From an uncultured Gemmatimonadales bacterium (GTDB taxonomy: Bacteria; Gemmatimonadota; Gemmatimonadetes; Gemmatimonadales; GWC2-71-9), in contig CAVSQW010000009.1 of the NCBI GenBank assembly GCA_963730185.1, positions 64,001 to 128,000 of the forward strand: DNA of 64,000 nt, written 5' to 3'. Below, piece after piece: positions 25,435 through 35,580 of the stretch. Under the pieces are notes generated by a model. That model saw only the letters and a list, made by a program, of their open reading frames with translations. It did no database searches and had not been told where the DNA came from. Every line of letters starts with the position of its first letter. The first letter of the stretch is position 1. Both the position numbers and the translations under genes were made by a program.

Positions 25435-28224
25435 TTGGCTCATCATGATCCGCCGCAGTTCTTTCTGGTCGACGGGCATGCGCTGATCTATCGCGCGTTC
25501 TTCGCGCTGATCGCCCGGCCGCTGCGCACCTCGCGGGGCGAGAACACCTCCGCGGCGTGGGGGGTGGCAAACTTCCTGATCCGGCTCCGCGAGAAATTCC
25601 ACCCGGACTACCTGGTCTGGGTGCTCGACAAGGGCGATTCCTTCCGAACCGCCACCTATCCTGACTACAAGTCGACCCGCGAAAAGCTCGACGCCGAGTT
25701 GCAGCAGGACTTCGACCTCGCGCTGGAACAGGTCACGGAGTTGCTGGCCGCGTTCCGGGTGCCGATCGTCACTCTGGACGGCTACGAGGCGGACGACGTG
25801 ATCGGAACCCTGGCCACCCGAGAGGCGGCTCAGGGTCTTCAGGTGGTGATCGTGTCGGGCGACAAGGACTTCTACCAGTTGATCGGGCCCCGGGTGGCCC
25901 TGCTCAACCCCGGCCGCGGTGGGCCGGCCGGCGTGGAGGAGCAGTGGGTCGACGAGTCGAACGCCGATGAGCGCCTGGGCGTGCCGCCGGCGCAGGTGAT
26001 CGACTACCTGGCCCTGGTCGGCGACGCCTCCGACAATGTGCCCGGCGTGAAGGGAATCGGCGGGAAGACGGCTTCCAAGCTGTTGGCCGAGTACGGCTCG
26101 CTCGACGAGGTGCTGGCCCAGGCGGCCGACCTCCCCGGCAAGCGGGCGCGGGAGGCACTCTTGGCGGAGCGCGACCGGGCGGTGCTGTCGCGGCAGCTGG
26201 TGACGATCCATCGCGACGTCCCGGTCGAGATCGACCGAGACGCGGCCGTGGTACAGGAGCCTGATCACGCGGCCCTGATCTCGGTGCTGACCCGGCTCGA
26301 GTTCCACTCGCTGGTCGGGCGTCTCGGATTGGAGGCGCCGGTCGGCGACCCCTCGGGAGCGCCTGGCGGCCGCGATCCGGACGGTGGAGACGCTGTCGAG
26401 GTCGTGACGATCGACGATCCGGGTCGGCTGCCTGAGATCGTGGGCCGGCTCCGGGCGGCCGACCTGGTGGCCCTCGACACCCTGGCCAGCTCACGAGAGC
26501 CTCACGACGCCGCCCTCGTCGGCCTCGCGCTCGCGGCGAGCCCGACCGAGGTCTGGTACCTGCCGTTCGGTCATCGGCCGCGGGTGGGTGAGCTGGCGGC
26601 GCCGGCTCCGGTTCGGAACCTGCCCCCACTCGACGACCCGGCGTGCGCGCCCCTGGTGGCGCTGCTCAGCGATCCGGGCGTGCCCAAGGCCGGCCATGAT
26701 CTCAAGTACGACTGGCAGGTGTTCCGCGGAGCGGGGATCGAGCTCGCCGGGGTTCGCTACGATGCCATGCTGGCCAGCTTCGTGCTCGATCCGGGCCGCC
26801 GGTCACACGGCTTGGATATGCTGAGCCTCGACCATCTAGGTCGGCCGCTCCCGCGGTTGCCCGAGCCGGGGCGTGGCAAACCGGCGCTTCCGGCCGCCGA
26901 GGTCGAGGTGCCGCTCGCGGCCCAGGTAACCGGCGGCGAGGCGGCGACCGTACTGGCCTTGGAGGCCTACTTGGCGCCCCGGCTCCGCGATGCCGAGCTG
27001 GTCCCGCTCCTGGCGGAGATCGAGATCCCGCTGATCGAGGTCCTGGTCGACATGGAATGGACCGGGATCGCGATCGACCGAGCGGTCTTCGACCGCCTGG
27101 CCCGCGAGCTGACGAGCGAGCTCTTCCGGCTCGAGGCCGAGATCGCGACCGCCGCCGGCGGATCGATCAATCTCAACAGCCCCAAGCAGCTGGCCGCCGT
27201 GCTGTTCGACAAGCTCCAACTACCGGTGCTGAAGCGGACCAAGACCGGTCCGTCGACCGACGCGGACGTGCTGGAGCAGCTTGCCGCGATGGGGCACGAC
27301 GTTCCTCGGTTGCTGCTCGAGTACCGGGAGCTGATCAAGCTCAAGTCCACCTACGTCGACGTCCTGCCGGGCCGGGTCAATCCGCGGACCGGACGGATTC
27401 ATACCAGTTTCAACCAGACCGGCGCGGCGACTGGGCGGCTCTCCTCCTCCGATCCGAATCTCCAGAACATTCCGGTCCGCTCGCCCCGGGGCGAAGAGAT
27501 CCGACGGGGCTTCGTGCCAAGCGAAGGGTGGAGCTTCGTCGTGGCCGACTACTCGCAGATCGAGCTTCGCCTGCTGGCGCACCTGTCCGGCGATCCCGCC
27601 TTCGTCGAGGCCTTCCGGGCCGGCGGCGACATCCATCGACAGACCGCGGCGATCATCTTCGGGGTGGCGCTGGACGACGTGACGCCGGAAATGCGGGCTC
27701 GGGCCAAGACCATCAACTTCGCCACGATCTACGGCCAGGGCCCCTTCGCCCTGAGTCGCCAGCTCGGCATCACGATCGACGAGGCGAAGACGTTCATCGG
27801 CGAGTACTTCGAGCGCTTCGCCGGGGTCCGGGCCTATCTCGATCGCCAGGTGGAGCTGGCTCGGCGGCAGGGATGGGTCGAGACTCTCTTCAAGCGGCGC
27901 CGCTATATCCCCGAGATCCGGGACAAGAACTTCAACACCCGAGCCTTCGGGGAACGGCTCAGCCAGAACTCCCCGCTCCAGGGCTCGGCGGCCGATCTGA
28001 TCAAGATTGCGATGGTGCGGATCCATCGGGCCTTCCGGACCGAGGGACTGGCGGCCCGGCTGCTGCTGCAGGTGCACGACGAACTGGTCGCCGAAGCGCC
28101 GACGGGCGATGTGGACCGGGTGGTGGCCCTGCTCCGTGAGCACATGGAGGGCGCCGCCACCCTGGACGTCCCCTTGGTGGTCGACCTGGGGGTGGGGCCC
28201 AACTGGCTGGACGCGAAACGCTAG
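25435..28224 (+). CDS. polA: DNA polymerase I
   Basis: LVDGHALIYRAFFA, YEADD, GDASDNVPG, TGRLSSSDPNLQNIP, DYSQIELR, KTINFATIYG, LQVHDEL. Confidence 0.98.
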   Translation: MAHHDPPQFFLVDGHALIYRAFFALIARPLRTSRGENTSAAWGVANFLIRLREKFHPDYLVWVLDKGDSFRTATYPDYKSTREKLDAELQQDFDLALEQVTELLAAFRVPIVTLDGYEADDVIGTLATREAAQGLQVVIVSGDKDFYQLIGPRVALLNPGRGGPAGVEEQWVDESNADERLGVPPAQVIDYLALVGDASDNVPGVKGIGGKTASKLLAEYGSLDEVLAQAADLPGKRAREALLAERDRAVLSRQLVTIHRDVPVEIDRDAAVVQEPDHAALISVLTRLEFHSLVGRLGLEAPVGDPSGAPGGRDPDGGDAVEVVTIDDPGRLPEIVGRLRAADLVALDTLASSREPHDAALVGLALAASPTEVWYLPFGHRPRVGELAAPAPVRNLPPLDDPACAPLVALLSDPGVPKAGHDLKYDWQVFRGAGIELAGVRYDAMLASFVLDPGRRSHGLDMLSLDHLGRPLPRLPEPGRGKPALPAAEVEVPLAAQVTGGEAATVLALEAYLAPRLRDAELVPLLAEIEIPLIEVLVDMEWTGIAIDRAVFDRLARELTSELFRLEAEIATAAGGSINLNSPKQLAAVLFDKLQLPVLKRTKTGPSTDADVLEQLAAMGHDVPRLLLEYRELIKLKSTYVDVLPGRVNPRTGRIHTSFNQTGAATGRLSSSDPNLQNIPVRSPRGEEIRRGFVPSEGWSFVVADYSQIELRLLAHLSGDPAFVEAFRAGGDIHRQTAAIIFGVALDDVTPEMRARAKTINFATIYGQGPFALSRQLGITIDEAKTFIGEYFERFAGVRAYLDRQVELARRQGWVETLFKRRRYIPEIRDKNFNTRAFGERLSQNSPLQGSAADLIKIAMVRIHRAFRTEGLAARLLLQVHDELVAEAPTGDVDRVVALLREHMEGAATLDVPLVVDLGVGPNWLDAKR

Positions 28225-28234
28225 CCGGGCTGGC

Positions 28235-30499
28235 TCAAGGCTCCTTGGGGTGGAACCGCCGCCCGCCGGGCCACCAGTTCCAGCGCCCCATCAGCTGCAT
28301 GAAGGCCGGCACCAGCACCATCCGGATCACGGTGGCATCGAGCAGCACGGCGAGCGCCAGACCGAAGCCGAGGAACTGCATCGCCAGGACCCGGGCGAAC
28401 GCAAAGGCCCCGAACACGCTGATCATGATCAGCGCCGCGGAGGTGATGACCGACGCGGTCGCGCTCAGTCCCTCCATCGTCGCTTCGGTGTTCCGTCCGG
28501 TCCGGTCGAAGGCCTCCTTGATCCGACTCAGCAGGAAGACCTCGTAGTCCATGCTCAGCCCGAACACCACGGCGAAGACCAGCACCGGAATCACGACGAA
28601 GATTGCCTCGGTCGCGCCGTCGAGCCCAAAGAGCGTCGCCCCGTAGCCGTGCTGGAAGACCAGCACGATCAGGCCGAAGGTCGCGCTCACCGACAGCGAG
28701 TTCATCAACACCGCCTTGAGCGGCACCAGCACGGACCGGAACGCCACGGCGAGCATCACGGCGGTGGCGGCCAGGACCAGACCGATGAGCAGCGGGAATC
28801 GGTCCAACAAGTCGTCCTGACTGTCGAGGCTGGCGGCCACGTAGCCACCCACCCTGACGCGGGCATCGCGGAGCTGCCGAATCCCGGTGGAATCGGTCAG
28901 CGTCCGGGCTCGGCGCACCACGTCCATCGCGGTCAGGAGCGAGGTGGTGTCCCGAAGGATCACGTCCACCAGGGTGACCCGGTCGTCGCGGCCGAGGTAG
29001 GCGTCGAGAAAGTCGGCGTGCTTGGCCCGGGCGGAATCGAGGTCGGCGTAGAGCAGGGAGTAGGCGAGGATCGACGTATTCGGCTCGAGGTCGACAATGC
29101 TGCGCACGTCCATGACTCGGGGATCGGCCCGCATCGAGTCGGAGAGCGCTCGAAGGCCCCGGAGGGTGAAGGCCTGCGTCGCGGCCCGCCCTTTCGGCAC
29201 CTCCACCACCACCCGGATCGGAGTGATGTAGCCGGCGACCCCCATCTTGGAGAGCGTTTCGAGCCCGGCGCCGGCCTCGGTCCCGGCCGGCCACCAGTTG
29301 CGGGCCGGGAGGCCGATCCGAATCCAGAATACCGGGAGGGTCAACACGGTGACGATGACGCCGCCGAAGACCAGGGCCCGAACCGGATGTCGGGCCAGCG
29401 ACCGGGCCCATTTCTCCCACACCTGCGGCGCGTGATACCAGGTCAGGCGGCGAGCCAGCCAGCGGGGCCGGTCGATCGAGCGGCCGAGCGTCGCCAGGAG
29501 GGCGGGGAGGAGGGTGATCGAGAGCAGCACGGCGACCCCCACCACCACCAGACCACCGAGACCGACGCTCCGGGTCTCCACCAAGGGGGTGAACAGCAGC
29601 GCTCCGAAGCCGACCACGACCGTCAGGCCCGAGTTGAACACCGCGACGCCCGCAGTCATCAGGGTTCGCTCGGCCGCCTCCCGGCGGCGGGCGCCGCGGA
29701 CCAGCTCCTCTCGGAAGCGGGTTACCATCAGCAACGAGTAGTCGATTCCGACGCCCAGCCCGACCATCGTCGTCAGGTTGAGGAGGAAGACTGACATCGG
29801 GGTCGTTCGCGCGATCAGGCCGATGATGGTGAGCGAGACCGCGCCGACCAAGATGCCGATGGTGAGCGGCAGAAGCGCGGCGACCAGGGCGCCGAAGGCG
29901 AGCACCAGAATCACCCCGGTCACGGGCAGGAGCCGGGTCTCAATCCGACGAGCGTCCTCGGTGCTCACGGTCCGAACGTCGAGATCGAGGGGCGAGCGCC
30001 CCGTTACCTCCAGGCGGTACGCCGGACGATTGGGAATCCGGGAGAGCGCGCGACTCAACTCGGCCCGGAACGGCCGGACCAAGCCGCCCGTGCTGTCGCC
30101 GTCCACGCCGAGGGAAACCAGGAAGAACGTGGTCCGCTCGTCGTGGCTCAGGAACAGCGAGTCCTGCTGGGTAAGCCAGGAGACCACCGCTTCGACGTAG
30201 GGAAGCCGTCGGGCGGTGCTCGTGAGCGAGTCGAGCACATCGTGCGCCGCTCCGCTGCGGAACGAAGCGGGGCCTTGAAGGGTGACCGCAAAGTACTCAC
30301 CGAAGGGGCGAGCGAATCGCTCCGAGAGGAGGCGGTCCGCCTCTCGCGCCTCGGTCTCGCGGTCGCTCCCGCCCCGGAGCGCGAGAAGGTCGGGAGTCTG
30401 CGGGGCCCGAATGAATGCCACCGCGCCGATCGCGCCCCAAATGGCGATGACGAGCCAGCGCCAGCGGATCAGTCCCCGGGCCACGGCGCGGAGGATCAC
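28235..30499 (-). CDS. MMPL family (RND superfamily) transporter
   Basis: GLGVGIDYSLLMVTRFREE, SGLTV, FGLSMDYEVFLLSRIKE, VITSAALIM, LDATVIRMVLVPA. Confidence 0.92.
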   Translation of the reverse strand: MILRAVARGLIRWRWLVIAIWGAIGAVAFIRAPQTPDLLALRGGSDRETEAREADRLLSERFARPFGEYFAVTLQGPASFRSGAAHDVLDSLTSTARRLPYVEAVVSWLTQQDSLFLSHDERTTFFLVSLGVDGDSTGGLVRPFRAELSRALSRIPNRPAYRLEVTGRSPLDLDVRTVSTEDARRIETRLLPVTGVILVLAFGALVAALLPLTIGILVGAVSLTIIGLIARTTPMSVFLLNLTTMVGLGVGIDYSLLMVTRFREELVRGARRREAAERTLMTAGVAVFNSGLTVVVGFGALLFTPLVETRSVGLGGLVVVGVAVLLSITLLPALLATLGRSIDRPRWLARRLTWYHAPQVWEKWARSLARHPVRALVFGGVIVTVLTLPVFWIRIGLPARNWWPAGTEAGAGLETLSKMGVAGYITPIRVVVEVPKGRAATQAFTLRGLRALSDSMRADPRVMDVRSIVDLEPNTSILAYSLLYADLDSARAKHADFLDAYLGRDDRVTLVDVILRDTTSLLTAMDVVRRARTLTDSTGIRQLRDARVRVGGYVAASLDSQDDLLDRFPLLIGLVLAATAVMLAVAFRSVLVPLKAVLMNSLSVSATFGLIVLVFQHGYGATLFGLDGATEAIFVVIPVLVFAVVFGLSMDYEVFLLSRIKEAFDRTGRNTEATMEGLSATASVITSAALIMISVFGAFAFARVLAMQFLGFGLALAVLLDATVIRMVLVPAFMQLMGRWNWWPGGRRFHPKEP

Positions 30500-30645
30500 C
30501 CTAGCTCCATCTCTTGGTCTGGCAACGAGTTCGCATGCAGGGCAGGGGTCGAAACTCGGGCAATGTAGGGGAGCCGGGGAGCGGACGCCAGCGGCATCCG
30601 GAGCGGTGGCGGCGACCGGCGCTCATATTGCAGACGAGGCGAAGA

Positions 30646-31479
30646 ATGGCCAGGACGTTTCTCATCCTCCTTGCGGGGCTGTCGCTCCTCCTGCTGGTGA
30701 GCCGGATGAGCCAGGGCGGGCCGTCGGCCCCGGAGCCGACGGCCGTGGTCGATTCGCCGCACCTGGCCCGGAGCGCGGCCCACCTGGCTCCGCCGCCCGC
30801 CCCGCCCCCGCCCCCCCCTGACGCCGCCACCGAGACCGACGAGAGTCGGACCCCGGTGATCGAGCGGATGGCCCGACTCGAGGCCCGTCGCCGGGTATTC
30901 CGGTTCAGCCGTTACACCTACGTCGACTCGATGCTGACCGGCACCGACTCCCTGATCCGCCGATGGCCCGACCGGCCGGAAGGCGCCCTGCGGGTCTCGG
31001 CCATCCCCTCGCCGGCGCTGGCCGAGTGCGCCGCCCGGTGTCGGCGCGCGCTCACCACGGCGCTCGAACGGTGGCACGGCCTGGGGATCGGCTTGGCGTT
31101 CCAGATGGTCGACGACTCGACCCAGGCCGACATCGCGGTCCATTGGATCGAGAAGTTCGACCTGGACCGGTCCGGTCAGGCGGACGTTCAATGGAGCCAC
31201 GACGGCACGATCCAGTTCGCTCGCGTGACCCTGGCCGTGCAGGCCGTCGACGGCCGGCCGCTCAGCGATCAGGAGCTGGCCATCGTGGCGACCCACGAGA
31301 TCGGTCACGCGCTCGGACTCCCGCACTCCGGTCGCGCTACCGACGTGATGTTCCCGACCGCCCGTCTCGACGGCCTCTCGGATCGGGACCGGGCCACGAT
31401 CACCCTGCTCTATTCGATTCCTCCGGGCTCCCTGCGCGAGGGCGGCGGCGGTGCGTTGCGGGGTGTCGACATCCGATAG
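30646..31479 (+). CDS. Matrixin-family (M10) metalloprotease
   Basis: N-terminal signal/TM, Pro-rich linker, HEIGHALGLPHS, Met-turn DVMFP. Confidence 0.88.
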   Translation: MARTFLILLAGLSLLLLVSRMSQGGPSAPEPTAVVDSPHLARSAAHLAPPPAPPPPPPDAATETDESRTPVIERMARLEARRRVFRFSRYTYVDSMLTGTDSLIRRWPDRPEGALRVSAIPSPALAECAARCRRALTTALERWHGLGIGLAFQMVDDSTQADIAVHWIEKFDLDRSGQADVQWSHDGTIQFARVTLAVQAVDGRPLSDQELAIVATHEIGHALGLPHSGRATDVMFPTARLDGLSDRDRATITLLYSIPPGSLREGGGGALRGVDIR

Positions 31480-31519
31480 TACGTTCCCCGAGTCGATTCG
31501 CGCTCTCCCCGAGGTTGCC

Positions 31520-31816
31520 ATGATCACTCCGGATGCCGTTCGCAAGGCTCTTCGCGCCGTCAAAGACCCGGAGCTCGGGCTCAACATCATCGACATCGGA
31601 CTCGTGTACGACGTCGAGATTTCCGACGCCAGCGACGTGCATGTCAAGATGACGCTCACCTCGCCCGGATGTCCCGCCGGCCCCGAAATCCTCGAAGACG
31701 CCCGCCTGGTCGTGGAGCGGATGGAGGGGGTCAACAGTGCCGAAATCGAGTTGGTCTGGGAGCCCTACTGGACCCCCGACCGGATGGACCCCCGGGTCCG
31801 GGCCTTCCTCGGCTGA
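31520..31816 (+). CDS. Metal-sulfur cluster assembly factor (DUF59/SufT-like)
   Basis: VKDPELGLNIIDIGLVY, MTLTSPGCP, LVWEPYWT. Confidence 0.92.
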   Translation: MITPDAVRKALRAVKDPELGLNIIDIGLVYDVEISDASDVHVKMTLTSPGCPAGPEILEDARLVVERMEGVNSAEIELVWEPYWTPDRMDPRVRAFLG

Positions 31817-31819
31817 TCG

Positions 31820-32959
31820 TCAGGCGGCTCCCGCCAGCGCGCCGAGGAGCCGATCCCCGAAGGCTACCACCTGCCACCGCCGTATCCCCGGGGTCGCCGC
31901 CAAGTCGTCCGGCGAACCGGGCTCGCCGCGGGCGATTGCCTCGAGCGTGGCGTTCGGGCAGAGCAGTCCCGGAGCGAGCGCGTACTCCGTCGCCAAGTCG
32001 GTGCGAACCGCCTTGAGCCGTTCCAATTTCAGGTCGAACGTCGGATCCGGGCGCGGCCGCGGGCGGCGCTCGAACCGAGGCAGCTCGTCCTCCGAGAGGT
32101 CGAGTCCGCGCTGGATCGCCGCCAGGAGCTCCGGTCCCCGGCGAGCCATCAGGTCACGACCGAGGCCCCGGACCTGCCCTAGCCGTTCGAGCGACTTCGG
32201 GGGATCCGACGCCATCGCCAGGATGGCCTCGTTGCCCAGAATCCGGAAGGTGGCCCGGTCCAGCCGGGTGGCTTCCCGCTCCCGCCAGACGAAGAGCTCG
32301 CGCAACACGGCGAGGCCGCGCCGGCTCAACGTCCGGGCTCCCTTGAAACGGAGGAACGTTTCCTCCGGCGGCTGAGCCGGCGCCCACTCCACCTGGGTCA
32401 GGAGCTGACTTTCCTCCTCGACCCAGGCCAGACGCCCGAGGCGGATTAGATCGGCTCGGAGCTCATCGCGAAGTGCGATCAGGTAACGCGTGTCGGTAGC
32501 GGCATAGGCGATCATCGCCGGCGAGAGTGGACGGCTCGACCAGTCGGCCCGCTGGAACCGCTTGTCGGTCGCCACCCCGAATCGATCGGCCAGCAAGGCG
32601 GCGAGGCCGACCGCCGGCTCGCCGGCGAACTGGGCCGCGACCCGGGTGTCGAACAGTCGGGTCACCCGATAGCCGTACTCGTGATAGATGAGCCGCAGAT
32701 CGTAGTCGGCGTCATGGAACACGAATTCGATGGCCGGATCGGCGAACAGTTGATCGAGCCCGGGCAGGCCCCCGACGGCGAGCGGATCGACGACCGCCGT
32801 GTGGGAGGCGCCGGTGACTTGGAGGAGGTAGACCCGGTCCCGGTAGCGGTGGAAGCTCGCAGCCTCGGTGTCGAGCCCGACGATGGGTTCCCCACGGATC
32901 CGATCGAGCAAACCGGCGAAGGCAGCTGGCGTCTCGACAAGTTCGACCGGCTCCGTCAC
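31820..32959 (-). CDS. rnd: Ribonuclease D (DEDDy exonuclease plus HRDC)
   Basis: GLDTE, HDADYD, LFDT, DWSSRPL, YAATD, HRDC region WREREA. Confidence 0.9.
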   Translation of the reverse strand: MTEPVELVETPAAFAGLLDRIRGEPIVGLDTEAASFHRYRDRVYLLQVTGASHTAVVDPLAVGGLPGLDQLFADPAIEFVFHDADYDLRLIYHEYGYRVTRLFDTRVAAQFAGEPAVGLAALLADRFGVATDKRFQRADWSSRPLSPAMIAYAATDTRYLIALRDELRADLIRLGRLAWVEEESQLLTQVEWAPAQPPEETFLRFKGARTLSRRGLAVLRELFVWREREATRLDRATFRILGNEAILAMASDPPKSLERLGQVRGLGRDLMARRGPELLAAIQRGLDLSEDELPRFERRPRPRPDPTFDLKLERLKAVRTDLATEYALAPGLLCPNATLEAIARGEPGSPDDLAATPGIRRWQVVAFGDRLLGALAGAA

Positions 32960-33139
32960 GCGATGCCGGCCTCAGGCACGAAATTTCCACTCGGCTGGAG
33001 CCGGGCTGGATGGAGGGGAAGGTACGGCATGCGCAACTCCGGAGCGGTTCGAGGGCATCGGCTCGACAAAGGTAGCGACACGCGCGCCCGTCGGCGTAGC
33101 TTACCCGTACCCGACACCCCGGCGGGCGGATTCTGACTC

Positions 33140-34336
33140 ATGCGTGAAGTCGAGGTAGAGCTCACGGTCGTCCCCGACGATTGCGATACCGGGGGCTCGG
33201 TCGGTCACGCCCCGTTCCTCCGCCTGTTCGAGCGAGCCCGGTGGGAGGTGCTGGCCCACGGGCCCGGGATCGACGTCTTCGCCCGACATGGGACCTGGCC
33301 GGCCGTCCGCCGAAGCGTTCTCGACTTCCACGCCGCCGTCCGGGCGGGCGACGTGCTTCGCTTTCAACAGGCCCTGACCCACCACGGTCGGACCAGCTTC
33401 ACCCTCCGCCAGACGGCGCGTCGGGATCGTGACGAGACTCTGGTCGCGACCGGCGAGTTCCTCTTCGTGTGCGTCGACGGCCAGGGGCATCCCCAGCCGG
33501 TGCCCGAAGAGGTCGGCCGGTTCTTCAGCGCCCGTCCCACCGGGGAGCCGATCGATCGGATCACGGTGAACGGGGTGAGTCTCGCCATCGAGACCCGGGG
33601 CTCCGGGCCCGCTGTGCTCTTCGTACACGGCTTCCCCCTCGATCGAACCATCTGGCGACACCAGCTCGACACCTTGACGGGTTACCGGCGGATTTCGCTC
33701 GACCTCCGCGGCATGGGCCGGTCGGACGCACCGGACCTGGGCTATTCGATGGCGACCTACGCTGACGACCTGGTCGCACTGCTCGATGCCCTTGGCGAGC
33801 AACAGGTGGTGCTCTGCGGTCTGTCGATGGGCGGCTATATCGCGTTCGAGTTCCTGCGTCGATATCGGGAGCGGGTCAGGGGGCTGGTGCTGATGGACAC
33901 CCGGGCCGAGGCCGACAGCGCGGAAGGTCGAAAGGCCCGCGACACGCTGATCGGTCGGGTGCGCGAACAAGGTGCGATCGCCGCGGCCGAGGCGATGCTG
34001 CCCCGATTCTTCACGCCCACGGTGCCGCCAGAGATCATCCAGTCGATTCGCGAAATGATTCTTCGCACCCCGGTCTCTGGAATCGTGGGCGCCCTGAGCG
34101 CAATGCGGGAGCGGCCGGACAGCACACCGATGCTGGCCACCCTGGTCGGGGTGCCCACCCTGGTGGTGGTGGGCCAAGAAGACATGATCACGCCGCCGGT
34201 CATCGCGGAGACGATGGCCAGCGCCTTGCCGGAAGGACGCCTGGTGGAGATCCCCGGGGCAGGCCACCTGCCCTGCGTGGAGCAGCCTGTTCCGACCACT
34301 CGCGCGGTGCTCAAGTTCCTGCAGAGCCTGCGATGA
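33140..34336 (+). CDS. Hot-dog thioesterase fused to alpha/beta hydrolase (PcaD-like)
   Basis: N-terminal 4HBT-like DCDTGGSVGH...FERARWE; C-terminal HGFP, GLSMGG, AGHL. Confidence 0.82.
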   Translation: MREVEVELTVVPDDCDTGGSVGHAPFLRLFERARWEVLAHGPGIDVFARHGTWPAVRRSVLDFHAAVRAGDVLRFQQALTHHGRTSFTLRQTARRDRDETLVATGEFLFVCVDGQGHPQPVPEEVGRFFSARPTGEPIDRITVNGVSLAIETRGSGPAVLFVHGFPLDRTIWRHQLDTLTGYRRISLDLRGMGRSDAPDLGYSMATYADDLVALLDALGEQQVVLCGLSMGGYIAFEFLRRYRERVRGLVLMDTRAEADSAEGRKARDTLIGRVREQGAIAAAEAMLPRFFTPTVPPEIIQSIREMILRTPVSGIVGALSAMRERPDSTPMLATLVGVPTLVVVGQEDMITPPVIAETMASALPEGRLVEIPGAGHLPCVEQPVPTTRAVLKFLQSLR

Positions 34337-34362
34337 AACCTTTCCTCGGAGCCGGGCGTCTA
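34334..34362 (+). promoter_or_regulatory. Putative ECF-sigma promoter
   Basis: TGAAAC-N17-CGTCTA, the AAC/CGT pattern of ECF promoters. Confidence 0.45.
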
Positions 34363-34431
34363 TAGAAATGGCGGCCCGATCCGATGCCCATTGGATCACC
34401 GCCGAGCCTCATGCAGGCCCTCCATTCCCAG

Positions 34432-34472
34432 AGCCCCAGAGCCGGCCCTTCCGGTTCTGGGGCTGGGTGTTT
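34432..34472 (+). terminator. Intrinsic terminator
   Basis: AGCCCCAGAGCCGG-CCCTT-CCGGTTCTGGGGCT stem (a G-U pair favours the + strand) followed by GGGTGTTT. Confidence 0.6.
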
Positions 34473-34535
34473 CCGGGCACGCGAACGGCCACGGAGGACT
34501 CCGTGGCCGTGACAACGACTCCGGATGGGTGCCGC

Positions 34536-34799
34536 TCAGCGCTGAGGCGGACCCGGCGGATTGTCTCCCGTGAACGCGTCCCGATTCTTCGCGATGAAGG
34601 CCGTCATGTTCTCCGGCACTTCTTCTTCCGGGAAGATGGCGGTGACCGGGCACTCCGGCTCGCAGGCACCGCAGTCGATGCACTCGTCGGGGTGGATGTA
34701 CAGCATGTCCTCCCCCTCGTAGATGCAGTCGACCGGGCAGACGTCCACGCACGCCCGATCCTTCACGCCGATGCAGGCCTCAACGATGACATACGTCAT
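34536..34799 (-). CDS. Ferredoxin (FdxA/7Fe-type dicluster)
   Basis: [26 protein letters not shown]...[12 protein letters not shown]. Confidence 0.95.
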   Translation of the reverse strand: MTYVIVEACIGVKDRACVDVCPVDCIYEGEDMLYIHPDECIDCGACEPECPVTAIFPEEEVPENMTAFIAKNRDAFTGDNPPGPPQR

Positions 34800-34884
34800 T
34801 GCGATTGGCTCCAGGAATACCGGTTCGCCGACGCGCTCACAGTAGGCGGCTGGTTCCGGTCGCGCAAGGGGCGCGCCAGCCGGT

Positions 34885-35565
34885 CTAGCTCCCCACGTGC
34901 CGGCGCAGGAACTCGAGGCTCCGCCCCCAGGCCAGGGCGGCGCTGGCCTGGTCGTACGCCTCGGGACGGGTGTCGTTGAAGAAGGCATGACCGGCAGGAT
35001 AGTAGTGGGCGTCGAAGCTCCCACCCGCGGCCTTCACGGCCGCCGCGAGGTTGTGCACGCCGTCGGCCGGAATCGATCCATCGCGCTCACCGAAGTGCCC
35101 GAGCACCGGCACCTTCACCCGCGCCGGGTCGATGGCCACCTTGGGGTGGATCCCGTAGAAGTCGACCGTCGCCGCGATCCGGTCCGGATACGCCATCCCG
35201 GCGTACAGGGCCAGCTGGCCCCCCATGCAGAAGCCGATCACCCCGACCCTGGGAGACGTCACCGCATCGTGCCCGATGAGAAAGTCGGCCGCGCCCCGGA
35301 GGTCCAAGCCGGCGCGATCGATGTTGAGGGCCATGAAGAGCTTGGCGGCGTCGTCGGGACTCTTGGTGGTCTTGCCGTCATAGAAGTCCGGCGCCAGTGC
35401 CACGAACCCTTCGGCCGCGAAACGATCGGCCAGGTCTTTGATGTGATCCACCAGGCCCCACCACTCCTGGATCACCAGGAGTCCCGGCCCGCGGCCGGAT
35501 GCCGGTAGCGCCAGGTAGCCCGCGGTGGTATGGCCGTTGGCCGGAAACCGAATCATCTCTCCCAT
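34885..35565 (-). CDS. Dienelactone hydrolase family protein
   Basis: QEWWGL, GFCMGG nucleophile Cys, AGHAFFN. Confidence 0.93.
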   Translation of the reverse strand: MGEMIRFPANGHTTAGYLALPASGRGPGLLVIQEWWGLVDHIKDLADRFAAEGFVALAPDFYDGKTTKSPDDAAKLFMALNIDRAGLDLRGAADFLIGHDAVTSPRVGVIGFCMGGQLALYAGMAYPDRIAATVDFYGIHPKVAIDPARVKVPVLGHFGERDGSIPADGVHNLAAAVKAAGGSFDAHYYPAGHAFFNDTRPEAYDQASAALAWGRSLEFLRRHVGS

Positions 35566-35580
35566 CGCGTCCTTGCTCCT

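Noticed and set aside
30790..30820. C-rich run, possible phase-variation tract or G-quadruplex
   Set aside because: Encodes an in-frame Pro-rich linker (PPPAPPPPPP); explained by the protein
34368..34979. 203-aa leaderless ORF after the ECF-like promoter
   Set aside because: Runs through a terminator and antisense across the ferredoxin gene; no motifs
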